A model generated the notes under the pieces. The model did no database searches. It was not told the origin of the DNA and was given only the letters and a program-made list of their open reading frames with translations. The position numbers were made by a program, and so were the translations under genes. Shown piece after piece: positions 38,590-50,074 of a stretch of DNA of 64,000 nucleotides. Positions within the stretch are counted from its first letter, which is position 1. Each line of letters opens with the position of its first letter. The stretch is from NCBI GenBank assembly GCA_949878485.1, contig CATLAM010000002.1, forward strand, positions 55,397-119,396, in the 5' to 3' direction. The DNA comes from an uncultured Eubacteriales bacterium. GTDB lineage: Bacteria; Bacillota; Clostridia; Christensenellales; UBA1242.

Positions 38590-39216
38590 TTAAATTTTTC
38601 TTTCAGCAATAACAACTAATGTGTCTGGGGCTAAGGAATTTGGATCATCAACTGGGTCTTTGTCAATAAGTTCCAAAACCTTCCACCCATTTAAATCTAA
38701 AATGTTTGAAATTTCATTTTTTGAATATTCATTTATTATATAACTATATTTTGGATTCATTGGTTCTACTTCTTTAATCACAGAGTTTCCTTGTCTTAAA
38801 AATAATAATAATTTTGTGTCTTCATAAACAATAGAGTTTAGTTCTTCAAATAAATGTAAAACTTCATTTTTAGACAAGTGCTGCAACACATAAGCCATAA
38901 CAATTCCATCGAACTTTCTATTTTTAATTATATTTAAATTACATATATCATGTTTTATAAATTCGATTTTATTATTAAGGTTTTTTGCAATTTTTATCAT
39001 AGATGACGAAAAGTCAATACCAGTAACTTTAAAACCTTTATTGAACATGTAGTTTGAGTAATGACCCATTCCGCAGCCTAAATCCAAAATTTTATTTTTA
39101 CATAATGATAAAAATTTATCAAAATATATTAAATCTGATTTATCATCTTTATAAGCTTCATAATATTGTTTGGCTATTGCATTATGTGCCTTTTTTGTTA
39201 TTTCTTTATTATTCAT
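38590..39216 (-). CDS. Class I SAM-dependent methyltransferase
   Basis: ILDLGCGMG, VTGIDFSSSMI, FDGIV..YVLQHL; visibly more AT-rich than its neighbours. Confidence 0.9.
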   Translation of the reverse strand: MNNKEITKKAHNAIAKQYYEAYKDDKSDLIYFDKFLSLCKNKILDLGCGMGHYSNYMFNKGFKVTGIDFSSSMIKIAKNLNNKIEFIKHDICNLNIIKNRKFDGIVMAYVLQHLSKNEVLHLFEELNSIVYEDTKLLLFLRQGNSVIKEVEPMNPKYSYIINEYSKNEISNILDLNGWKVLELIDKDPVDDPNSLAPDTLVVIAERKI

Positions 39217-39282
39217 ATAATAATTATATCATATTATCTTTGAAATTGTATTAAAAAATTTAAAATATTTTATTTTGGCATT

Positions 39283-39650
39283 TAGGCGTGTGCTTGGTTA
39301 ATACAAGTGGCTCGGTTTCGCCTCGCCAGACAAGCACACGCCTACGCAACAAATTTTGGTTAAAGAAGACAAAAGAGCGGTTGCTGGCGGAGCGTAACGC
39401 AGACCGCTCTTTTGCTTTTGTTTTCTTCTCTCTATTATTCTAGTGTAAACGAATATTCTTTGTTGTCAAGGTTAAAGTGCATGCTGTTAGCAACCTTGAC
39501 AACGGCAGAAATATTCGTTTTTTTGCTGGTTAAGAGAGTGTAAGCACAAAAAAGAAAACCTAGTCCATTGTTTTGGTTTAGATTTCTCTTGTTTTTCCGC
39601 TAGTTTCAAAAGTAAGCAACTAATCTCTCTTTTTTGTTTTTCAAAAATTT
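39283..39650. other. Cluster of long inverted repeats (mobile-element remnant / oriT- or sso-like)
   Basis: TAGGCGTGTGCTTG/CAAGCACACGCCTA; CAAAAGAGCGGT/ACCGCTCTTTTG; AAACGAATATT..GTTGTCAAGGTT/AACCTTGACAAC..AATATTCGTTT. Confidence 0.6.
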
Positions 39651-39723
39651 GTTTAAATATGTGGACGAAACCACTTAAATTGTGTTATTATATATAAAGT
39701 ATTATTAAATAAATGGAGTTTAT

Positions 39724-40818
39724 ATGAAAATAGGTATTGTTGGATTGCCAAATGTCGGCAAAAGTTCACTTTTTAACGCCATTACAGAGGCAGGAGCAGA
39801 AAGTGCAAACTATCCTTTCTGCACCATTGAACCAAACATTGGCGTTGTGGATGTTCCTGATGAAAGATTGCAAGTTTTGGGAAAGATGTATAACACACAA
39901 AAAATCACACCAGCAAGCATTGAATTTGTTGACATTGCAGGTCTGGTTGCAGGTGCAAGCCATGGCGAAGGACTTGGAAACAAGTTTTTAAGTCACATCC
40001 GCGAAGTTGATGCCATTGTGCATGTTGTGCGTTGTTTTGAAAATGAAAAAATCATTCATGTCAGCGGTTCAATTGATCCAAAAAGAGATATTGAAACAAT
40101 TGAAATGGAACTTGCCCTTGCTGACCTTGAACAAGTGACAAAAATTTTGGATAAAAATGCCAAACTCGCCAAACAAACTGGTGATAAATCACTTGTTTTG
40201 ACAGTAAACATGCTGACCAAAATTAAAGAAACTTTGGAAGTTGGAAAACAAGCAAGATGCTTAGACTTTTCAGATGAAGAACAAAAACTTTTGAAAAATT
40301 TTGCTCTTCTATCTGCCAAACCTGTAATTTTTGTGGCAAACATTTCCGAAGATGAAATTGGAAAAACTGAAAATCAATTTGTTAAACAAGTAAAAGAAAT
40401 TGCCGAAAGTGAAAAATCTAAGGTGGTTGTTTTATCTGCCAAAATTGAAGAAGAACTTGTTGGTCTGGACAAAGAAGACCGTGACATGTTTAAAGAAGAA
40501 CTTGGAATAACCGAAAGTGGACTTGAGAAACTTGTTGTGGCAAGTTATGACCTTTTGGGACTTCAAAGTTATCTTACAGCAGGCGAAAAAGAAGTTCGTG
40601 CTTGGACAATCAACAAAGGCACAAAAGCACCTGCCGCTGCAGGAAAAATTCACAGTGATTTTGAAAAAGGCTTTATTAAAGCAGAAATTGTAAGTTATAA
40701 TGATCTTATTGAAGCAGGCTCTTTCTTAAAAGCCAAAGAAAAAGGCAAAGTAAGAATGGAAGGTAAAGAATATGTCGTGAAAGACGGAGATGTCATTCTT
40801 TTCCGCTTTAACAACTAA
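39724..40818 (+). CDS. ychF: Ribosome-binding ATPase YchF
   Basis: GIVGLPNVGKS, NYPFCTIEPN, DIAGLV, GEGLGNKFL, C-terminal TGS domain. Confidence 0.97.
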   Translation: MKIGIVGLPNVGKSSLFNAITEAGAESANYPFCTIEPNIGVVDVPDERLQVLGKMYNTQKITPASIEFVDIAGLVAGASHGEGLGNKFLSHIREVDAIVHVVRCFENEKIIHVSGSIDPKRDIETIEMELALADLEQVTKILDKNAKLAKQTGDKSLVLTVNMLTKIKETLEVGKQARCLDFSDEEQKLLKNFALLSAKPVIFVANISEDEIGKTENQFVKQVKEIAESEKSKVVVLSAKIEEELVGLDKEDRDMFKEELGITESGLEKLVVASYDLLGLQSYLTAGEKEVRAWTINKGTKAPAAAGKIHSDFEKGFIKAEIVSYNDLIEAGSFLKAKEKGKVRMEGKEYVVKDGDVILFRFNN

Positions 40819-40828
40819 TGGAGTCAAC

Positions 40829-41200
40829 ATGAACGATTATGAAAAACTGTCACCGCTTGCCTTGGCTTTCATGGGAGATGCTGTTCACACTGCTTTTGTT
40901 CGCAAAGAAGTTTTGAAAGGACAAGCAAACACACAAAAAAACTATCACAACACAGCAAAAAAATTTTGCAATGCACAGGCTCAGGCTGAAACCTTAGAAA
41001 AAATTTTGCCAAGTTTAAGTGATGAAGAAAAAAACATTATTCGCCGAGCAAGAAACAGTCATCCAAAACATAGTGCAAAAAATTTTGATGAAGAAACTTA
41101 CAAAAAAGCCACTTCATTTGAAGCACTTATTGGATTTTTGTTTCTTACACAGCAAACTGAAAGATTAAACAAATTTTTGGAAATTTCAATTGGAAATTAA
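40829..41200 (+). CDS. mrnC: Mini-ribonuclease III
   Basis: LALAFMGDAV, RRARN, YKKATSFEALIGFL. Confidence 0.93.
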   Translation: MNDYEKLSPLALAFMGDAVHTAFVRKEVLKGQANTQKNYHNTAKKFCNAQAQAETLEKILPSLSDEEKNIIRRARNSHPKHSAKNFDEETYKKATSFEALIGFLFLTQQTERLNKFLEISIGN

Positions 41201-41253
41201 AAGATAGGCAAGAAAATAAGAACTTATTTTTAAAAATTTAAAGGAAAACAATT

Positions 41254-41979
41254 ATGAACATTGAAGGGAAAAACCAAGTAATCGAAGCAATTAAAAATGA
41301 CAAAACAATCAACAAAATCTTTGTTGACAAAAACTTTATCACACGCAAAGATGATGTCATTTCGCTTGCAAGAAAAAACCAAATTAAAGTGGAATTTTTG
41401 CCAAAAAACATTTTGGACAAAATGAGTGTCACTCAGCACCATCAAGGCTATATTGCCGAAACCGTGGAGTTTGATTATTGCAGTGTGGAAGACATTTTGC
41501 AAAACGCAAAAGATAAAGAACATTCACCTTTTGTTGTGCTTTTAGACGGCATTGAAGACCCACACAACTTGGGCGCAATTATCCGCACTTGCGAATGTGC
41601 AGGAGTGGACGGAATAATCATTCCAAAAGTGCGTGCTTGCCAAGTTAATGAAACTGTTGTCAGAACAAGTGCTGGCGCAATTTCCAACATGAAAATCGCC
41701 AGAGTAACAAACTTGAAAAATGCAATTGACACTTTAAAAGATGCTGGGCTTTGGATTTACGCTGCTGAAACTGGCGGAGAACTTCTTTATAATCAAAATC
41801 TTACTGGGCCAATCGGAGTTGTCGTTGGCAGTGAAGGAAACGGTGTCAAGCAATCACTTAAGACCTATTGTGACGGAATTGTCACCTTACCACTTTATGG
41901 CAGTGTAAATTCTTTAAATGCAAGTGTAGCAACTGCGGTTGTGATTTACGAAATTGTCAGACAAAATTTAAAAAAATAA
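41254..41979 (+). CDS. rlmB: 23S rRNA Gm2251 methyltransferase (TrmH/SPOUT)
   Basis: HQG, LDGIEDPHNLGAIIRT, GSEGNG, SLNASVA. Confidence 0.93.
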   Translation: MNIEGKNQVIEAIKNDKTINKIFVDKNFITRKDDVISLARKNQIKVEFLPKNILDKMSVTQHHQGYIAETVEFDYCSVEDILQNAKDKEHSPFVVLLDGIEDPHNLGAIIRTCECAGVDGIIIPKVRACQVNETVVRTSAGAISNMKIARVTNLKNAIDTLKDAGLWIYAAETGGELLYNQNLTGPIGVVVGSEGNGVKQSLKTYCDGIVTLPLYGSVNSLNASVATAVVIYEIVRQNLKK

Positions 41980-42036
41980 AGAAAAACTCGTAAAAACCGC
42001 CAAAAAATCAATTATTTTGGCTTAAAAAAGGAAAAA

Positions 42037-42627
42037 ATGAACACAGACGAAGAACTTATTAAACAAATAAGCACAGGCGACGAACAGGCTGAAAATGAAC
42101 TTTTGACAAGATATAAAGATCTTGTTGTAAAAATCAGTCGTGGCTATTTTCTTGTCGGTGGCGACATTGAAGACATAATTCAAGAAGGAATGATTGGACT
42201 TTATAAAGCAATTAAAAATTATTCTGACCAAAAAAACGCATCTTTCAAAACCTTTGCCATAATTTGCATTAAACACCAAATTCAAACAGCAATCAAAAAG
42301 GCAAACACAAATAAAAACAGTCCCCTTTCAAACGCAGTTTCTTTGCAAAGTTATGACACATTAAATGAAAACATGGACTTTCTTCCAATCGAACTTGTGC
42401 TGGACATAACACCTGCGGAAAAAGTTATACACAGAGAAAATCTTGCCGACTTAAAACAAAAAATTAAGTCATCCCTTTCCGAACTTGAATTGAAAGTTTT
42501 AAAACTTTATTTGCAAGGTTATTCATACAAAGAAATCTCTCAAACTTTAAACGTAACAAGCAAAAGCATTGACAACAGTTTGACAAGAATTAAAACAAAA
42601 TTACGAGAAAAATTGCAACAACATTAA
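42037..42627 (+). CDS. sigH: RNA polymerase sigma-H factor
   Basis: YFLVGGDIEDIIQEGMIGLYKAI, ASFKTFA, SIDNSLTRIK; conserved position after rlmB. Confidence 0.93.
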   Translation: MNTDEELIKQISTGDEQAENELLTRYKDLVVKISRGYFLVGGDIEDIIQEGMIGLYKAIKNYSDQKNASFKTFAIICIKHQIQTAIKKANTNKNSPLSNAVSLQSYDTLNENMDFLPIELVLDITPAEKVIHRENLADLKQKIKSSLSELELKVLKLYLQGYSYKEISQTLNVTSKSIDNSLTRIKTKLREKLQQH

Positions 42628-42683
42628 TGTCATCAATTGACAAAAAATTGTTTAAATTTTAAAATGTAAACAGGAGAATTTTT

Positions 42684-44357
42684 ATGTTTAAAATTGAACC
42701 ATCAAATTTCATTGAAGAAGAAATAAACAAAGACCTTGAAAGCGGAAAAGCCAAAGAAGTTATCACCCGCTTCCCACCAGAACCAAGTGGCTATTGGCAC
42801 ATAGGGCACATCAAAGCCATCACCATTAATTTTGAAACAGCAAAAAAATATAATGGCTTCACCTATCTTCGCATGGACGACACTAACCCAAGCAAAGAAG
42901 ATGGAGATTTTGCAAACAGTTATATGTCTGACCTTAAATGGCTTGGCTATCAACCTAAGTCACTTATCTATGCCAGTGAAGCATATTTTGACAAGATTTA
43001 TCAACTTGCGGAAGAACTTATTCAAAGTGGAAACGCTTATGTAGACGAACAATCTGCCGAAGAAATTTCTCAATCTCGTGGCTCATTAACCACCGCAGGA
43101 AAAGAAAGCCCATACCGAAACAGACCTAAAGAAGAAAGTTTGCAAATGTTCCGTGACATGAAAGCAGGAAAATTCGCAGACGGAAGCGTTGTTTTGCGTG
43201 CAAAAATTGACATGGCTCATCCAAACATGAACATGCGTGACCCTGTTATTTACCGAGTTTTAAGAACTCATCACTATCGCGTTGGCGACAAGTGGTGCAT
43301 CTATCCAATGTATGACTTTGCTCATCCACTTGAAGATGCTTTGGAAGGTGTAACCTTCAGTTTGTGCGACATGAGTTTTGAAGACCATCGCCCACTTTAT
43401 AATTGGGTTTTGGAAAAATGCTGGAAAAAGCCTTATCCACCAAGACAAATTGAATTTGCCAGACTTAATCTTGAAAATGTCTTGCTTGGCAAAAGATTTT
43501 TAAAACAACTTGTAAATGAAAAGAAAGTGATTGGCTGGGATGACCCACGCTTCTTGACTATTGTTGGCATGAAAAGGCGTGGTTATACTGCACAAGGCAT
43601 TAAAGATTTCATCAAAAGTGCAGGCGTAACAAAATCAGATTCCATAATTCCACTCTCTGCACTGGACTTTCACATCCGAAATGATTTGAACATGATTGCC
43701 ACCCGTGCCATGGTTGTGCTTGATCCACTTAAAGTGATTATAACCAATTACACAGGCAGTGAAGAAATTGAAATCGAAAATAATCCAAATGCAGAAAACG
43801 CTGGCACACATAAAGGAACATTCAGTAATATTATTTACATTGAAAAAGAAGACTTTTCACTTAATCCACCACCAAAATATAATCGACTTGTTGAAGGCGG
43901 AATTGTTCGTTTGAAAGGTGCTTACATCATTAAGTGCAATAAGGTCGTAATGGCTGAAAACGGCGAAATAGACCACTTAGAATGCGAATATTTACCAAAT
44001 ACGAAAAGCGGACAAGACAACAGTGGAATTAAATGCAAAGGCACCATACATTTTGTTTCTGCCGACAATTGTTTTGAAGTGACAATCAGAGAGTTTGAAA
44101 ACTTGATTAAAGATGAATACATTGACCCAATTAAAGCACTTGCAGACGGAGTTGAACTTGATGACATGCTGACACCTAACTCTTTGAAAGAGTCAACTGC
44201 ACTTGCAGAAAACTTTTTAAAGACGGCCAAAGTTGAAGATAAATTCCAATTTATCAGAAAAGGATATTATTGCGTTGATAAAGACACAACAAATGAAAGA
44301 ATGGTGTTCAACAAAACAATTTCATTGAAAGACAGTTTCAAGATGCCAAAACTGTAA
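42684..44357 (+). CDS. glnS: Glutamine--tRNA ligase
   Basis: TRFPPEPSGYWHIGH, WCIYPMYDFAH, RQIEFARLN, GWDDPR, FQFIRKGYY. Confidence 0.95.
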   Translation: MFKIEPSNFIEEEINKDLESGKAKEVITRFPPEPSGYWHIGHIKAITINFETAKKYNGFTYLRMDDTNPSKEDGDFANSYMSDLKWLGYQPKSLIYASEAYFDKIYQLAEELIQSGNAYVDEQSAEEISQSRGSLTTAGKESPYRNRPKEESLQMFRDMKAGKFADGSVVLRAKIDMAHPNMNMRDPVIYRVLRTHHYRVGDKWCIYPMYDFAHPLEDALEGVTFSLCDMSFEDHRPLYNWVLEKCWKKPYPPRQIEFARLNLENVLLGKRFLKQLVNEKKVIGWDDPRFLTIVGMKRRGYTAQGIKDFIKSAGVTKSDSIIPLSALDFHIRNDLNMIATRAMVVLDPLKVIITNYTGSEEIEIENNPNAENAGTHKGTFSNIIYIEKEDFSLNPPPKYNRLVEGGIVRLKGAYIIKCNKVVMAENGEIDHLECEYLPNTKSGQDNSGIKCKGTIHFVSADNCFEVTIREFENLIKDEYIDPIKALADGVELDDMLTPNSLKESTALAENFLKTAKVEDKFQFIRKGYYCVDKDTTNERMVFNKTISLKDSFKMPKL

Positions 44358-44477
44358 ATTTAGCGAATAACAATAAAAGAATTGTGAATAGATTAAGTTT
44401 AAATTTTATTTAACTCAACTGTTCACTTTTTTGTTTTTTCATTGGACAAAATGTAAATAATTGTTTATAATATTTTT

Positions 44478-45179
44478 ATGTTAATGTTGATTCCAGTCAT
44501 TTTGTCACTTGTTGGCATAATAATTTTGGTTGCTGTTGGATGTTTCTTTAAAAACAGTCCAATAAGTGTTTTGCTGAAATCTTTGGCTTTGATTGGAACT
44601 TTGGCTTTGGCTCTTTCATGTGCAATCTATGAAGGAACATTTTATGGATATTCAATTTTTCTTATTTTATCTGTTGCCCCACAATTTTTGTCACTTATAA
44701 ACTTGAAAGAAATTTTTAAACCAAAACAATCACCTGCTTTGGAAGCAGACGAGAAAGAATCAGAAAAAAAACACAACCTTGCCAAAAGTGACAACAGCCT
44801 TATGAATGCAATAGGAATTTTCCTTACATCAGTTTGTCTTGGTTTTTGTGCTTTATATCTTGGAAAAGAAACAGCATATGGATTTTTAATTGGCATAGCC
44901 GTTGGTCTTGCCGTAACATTCTTGCTTTTGGCACTTAAAAGAAAAACAAATCTATTTGACATAACAAGTTGTTTCTTAATGTTTACTGGTGCAGGAATTG
45001 CTCTTGGTCACATCATTTCAGTGCTTATATATGCCTTTTCTTTGATAAACATCTTGTTTGCAGCAGGCTTGTTGATTTATGTAATCTATGTCGCTTTAAC
45101 CGTCTTTTGGAAAAGCAACTACACACAAATCGCCTACTACCTTTCAATGATTACAATTTTTATAACACTTATTGTTTAA
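44478..45179 (+). CDS. Hypothetical multi-pass membrane protein
   Basis: About eight hydrophobic segments; ATG lies 6 nt after a TATAAT (apparently leaderless). Confidence 0.75.
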   Translation: MLMLIPVILSLVGIIILVAVGCFFKNSPISVLLKSLALIGTLALALSCAIYEGTFYGYSIFLILSVAPQFLSLINLKEIFKPKQSPALEADEKESEKKHNLAKSDNSLMNAIGIFLTSVCLGFCALYLGKETAYGFLIGIAVGLAVTFLLLALKRKTNLFDITSCFLMFTGAGIALGHIISVLIYAFSLINILFAAGLLIYVIYVALTVFWKSNYTQIAYYLSMITIFITLIV

Positions 45180-45219
45180 AAACAATATTAAAATTATAAG
45201 ACTTTTTTTGAATTTTTGC

Positions 45220-45248
45220 TTGACAAACGCAAATATTATGCATATAAT
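45220..45248 (+). promoter_or_regulatory. Sigma-A promoter of tRNA-fMet
   Basis: TTGACA-17 nt-TATAAT. Confidence 0.85.
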
Positions 45249-45260
45249 AATACAGCATGA

Positions 45261-45337
<77 letters not shown>

Positions 45338-45416
45338 ATGAAAAAACTGTGCTGATGGCTCAGTTTTGCCAACAAGTGTCAAAACGTTTCGCTTTGACGC
45401 TTGTTTTTTCATTTAC

Positions 45417-45465
45417 GCGACCAAACGCAATTCGCACTATGTTGGCGAATTGATCGCGACTTTTA
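45417..45465 (-). repeat. Palindromic dispersed repeat, family B copy 2
   Basis: Reverse complement TAAAAGTCGCGATCAATTCGCCAACATAGTGCGAATTGCGTTTGGTCGC matches 6162..6232. Confidence 0.7.
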
Positions 45466-45613
45466 AATAGTTTAAATTCATAAACCTTCAGTTTATATTA
45501 AAATCATATTATAATAACCTTTTACGCAATAAAATTTCTATAAGTTTTCAATTGTTTTTATTTAAACTATTGAATTTCTCTTTTAATAAATATATAATAA
45601 AGAAGGAGAATTT

Positions 45614-46444
45614 ATGAAATATAACTTAAATCAAATTAAATTGACAAATGAAGAAGAAAATATTCTTAGAATAGGATTGGAAAGAGATATTGAAAAAAGA
45701 AACAAAACCGCATCCCCTTTCTTTTTAAAAGCAAAAGAAGCATATAAACATTTTGACTTTTCACAACTTTCACACCTTGATAAACTTGAAGTCCACAAAA
45801 TAAGAGAAAAATATTATGATGACCCAGAACTTTCAACAAGACCGCTTTTGTTTATTATGTATATTTTTCACCGAAATGGCTTTCTTAAAAACAATTACTT
45901 AAATAACCCAGATAATGTTTTTGACATCATTGATAAAGATTTTCTTTCAAGAAAACGCTTAAATGTTCCAGAAGGAATTATAACAGAAAATGGTAAATTG
46001 TATGGAATTGGTAAAGATGGGCATATTTGGCTTTATTATTTTTTAAATTTAAGTGGAATTGACACAACTGATTGTGTAAGATATGGCAAATTTGAACAAA
46101 CTATTTCTTCTAAAAACAACTCAAAATTCACGAAAACTGAGAGAACACAATATTTTTCTAAATTAAAAGAACTTTCTTCGCAAAATGAAAACTTTTTATA
46201 CCTGTCGGACGAACAAGCAATTGCAATAGATAATTTAAGAAGATATTATAACCCTGAAACACCATTACAAACATTTTTATTGTCGCAAACAGCCGACCTT
46301 GGGTTTCGAGCCGACGATAATCCACGCACATTTAATTGCAACTTTGATGTCTTTGCAAAAAATTGCTTAAACAGTTATTTGGACAAAACTGAAATGAACA
46401 CATCCATCCGTGTAGAAAGAGAACGAGCAAAAGACGATAAATAA
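45614..46444 (+). CDS. Hypothetical (orphan) protein
   Basis: AAGGAG RBS, TTGAAT-17-TATAAT promoter; no family recognised. Confidence 0.8.
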   Translation: MKYNLNQIKLTNEEENILRIGLERDIEKRNKTASPFFLKAKEAYKHFDFSQLSHLDKLEVHKIREKYYDDPELSTRPLLFIMYIFHRNGFLKNNYLNNPDNVFDIIDKDFLSRKRLNVPEGIITENGKLYGIGKDGHIWLYYFLNLSGIDTTDCVRYGKFEQTISSKNNSKFTKTERTQYFSKLKELSSQNENFLYLSDEQAIAIDNLRRYYNPETPLQTFLLSQTADLGFRADDNPRTFNCNFDVFAKNCLNSYLDKTEMNTSIRVERERAKDDK

Positions 46445-46467
46445 AAATTCAAACAAAAAAACGTATT

Positions 46468-46497
46468 AAAAAACTCAGTTAAAAAAACTGAGTTTTT
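46468..46497. terminator. Bidirectional intrinsic terminator
   Basis: AAAAACTCAGTT...AACTGAGTTTTT. Confidence 0.8.
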
Positions 46498-46499
46498 GT

Positions 46500-47555
46500 T
46501 TATTTAATATTTTCATTATTTACATATTGTTTAGTTTTGTGATTATTTATAATTTCAATATATTTGTCACATCTTGCATCCAAGGCTTTCTTTATCATTT
46601 TAAGAATTGGATTAAAATCTCTTTTTGAAATTGCTCTATCTACTGCTTTAAAATAATTTTCTTTTTGATTTCCACGTATAGTTATTGTAGGTATTCCATA
46701 TCTCACAAGTAAATAATTAAAAAGAATTCGTGATGTTCTTTTATTACCATCTCTAAAAGGTTGTATTCTTATTAATTCTGTTTTAAAAATCAACGCTTTT
46801 AAAATTGGTGGAAGTTTTGACGTATTGTATTTATCAATTAATTCATTCATTTCCGCTCTAACATTATCGCTGTCAGCCGTTTTCCAATCTACACCTTCAA
46901 CATCAACATTAACTTTATAAGGGATATTATTTTTATAAACGGTTTCTCTATATTTACCATATCCATATGGAGTTAAAATAGAACCATCTTTTGGATTTAT
47001 TTTTGAATTTAGTTTTATAAAATAATCAAAAAGTTTATGATGAACATTTTCAATGAAATCATAATCAATTTTTGGTGATTCTCCAGAACTTATCCATTTG
47101 ACTTTATCTTCTCTTGCACGCTTCAATGCAAAATTAACTGCTTCAAGATGGTCTATAGAATTATTAAAGACCAAAGTTTTATATTCATTATTAAATTTTT
47201 GAACTATAACTAAAGAGGGTTTATCTTCACATTGATAACAATTTCTAAAATCATATAAATCATCAAGTTTATCATCAAGGAGATCTTTAGTTATAGGCTC
47301 TTTTCTATATAATATTTTTATGTCTTTATCTAAATCAACTTCACCAAGCCCTAAATCATGTCCTTCAATTAACTCAGAACAATTTATGTAATCTAAATCG
47401 ATTCGTCTATTAAGTTCCCTTATAGTGCGGTCACATAAATGTAAATTTTTATTAATATAAATAACTTTTTCAATAATTTTATCAAAATTAACATCTTGAA
47501 AAATTTCAGGATGTTCCCAAATATCAAAATTATCAGATTTTATTGATTCTTCCAT
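46500..47555 (-). CDS. Fic/Doc-domain protein with a non-canonical motif
   Basis: IENVHHKLF, GKYRE, IQPFRDGNKRTSR; AAGGAG RBS; AT-rich. Confidence 0.88.
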   Translation of the reverse strand: MEESIKSDNFDIWEHPEIFQDVNFDKIIEKVIYINKNLHLCDRTIRELNRRIDLDYINCSELIEGHDLGLGEVDLDKDIKILYRKEPITKDLLDDKLDDLYDFRNCYQCEDKPSLVIVQKFNNEYKTLVFNNSIDHLEAVNFALKRAREDKVKWISSGESPKIDYDFIENVHHKLFDYFIKLNSKINPKDGSILTPYGYGKYRETVYKNNIPYKVNVDVEGVDWKTADSDNVRAEMNELIDKYNTSKLPPILKALIFKTELIRIQPFRDGNKRTSRILFNYLLVRYGIPTITIRGNQKENYFKAVDRAISKRDFNPILKMIKKALDARCDKYIEIINNHKTKQYVNNENIK

Positions 47556-47694
47556 CTATTTCTCCTTGGATTATTATAAACATATATTACCAAATTTAAG
47601 GTTGATTTGTCAAGATTGATTATAATTTATTTTTAACAAAAACTTTAAAAAAAATTGATTTTTTGCTTTCTTTCTTGCCTTATATATGATATAA

Positions 47695-49704
<2,010 letters not shown>

Positions 49705-49712
49705 GAGAAATT

Positions 49713-50045
49713 ATGTTAGATAAACAATTTTATTATGAAACTTTCGAAAAATTTACTTCTGCTTGGGGCGAAGAAAGTGAATATCGAATGTGCATTGAAG
49801 AGATGAGTGAACTTACCAAAGAACTTTGTAAGTTTATGAGATATTCAAGAAATGACAAATCAGAAGAAAATGATAAGAAACTTGAAGAAATCAGAAAAAA
49901 CATTATAGAAGAAACCGCTGATGTCTTGATTTGTGCAAGTCAAATTAAAAGATTGTTTGGCGAAAAAGATGTTGAAGATGTTATGGATTATAAAATCCAA
50001 CGCGGAAGAAAGATTGTAGACAAATATATTGAAGAACATAAATAA
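49713..50045 (+). CDS. MazG-like nucleotide pyrophosphohydrolase domain protein
   Basis: EEMSEL...EETADV acidic motif pair; AGGAG RBS. Confidence 0.75.
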   Translation: MLDKQFYYETFEKFTSAWGEESEYRMCIEEMSELTKELCKFMRYSRNDKSEENDKKLEEIRKNIIEETADVLICASQIKRLFGEKDVEDVMDYKIQRGRKIVDKYIEEHK

Positions 50046-50074
50046 TTGCGACATAAACCAAAAAGGAAAAGAAA

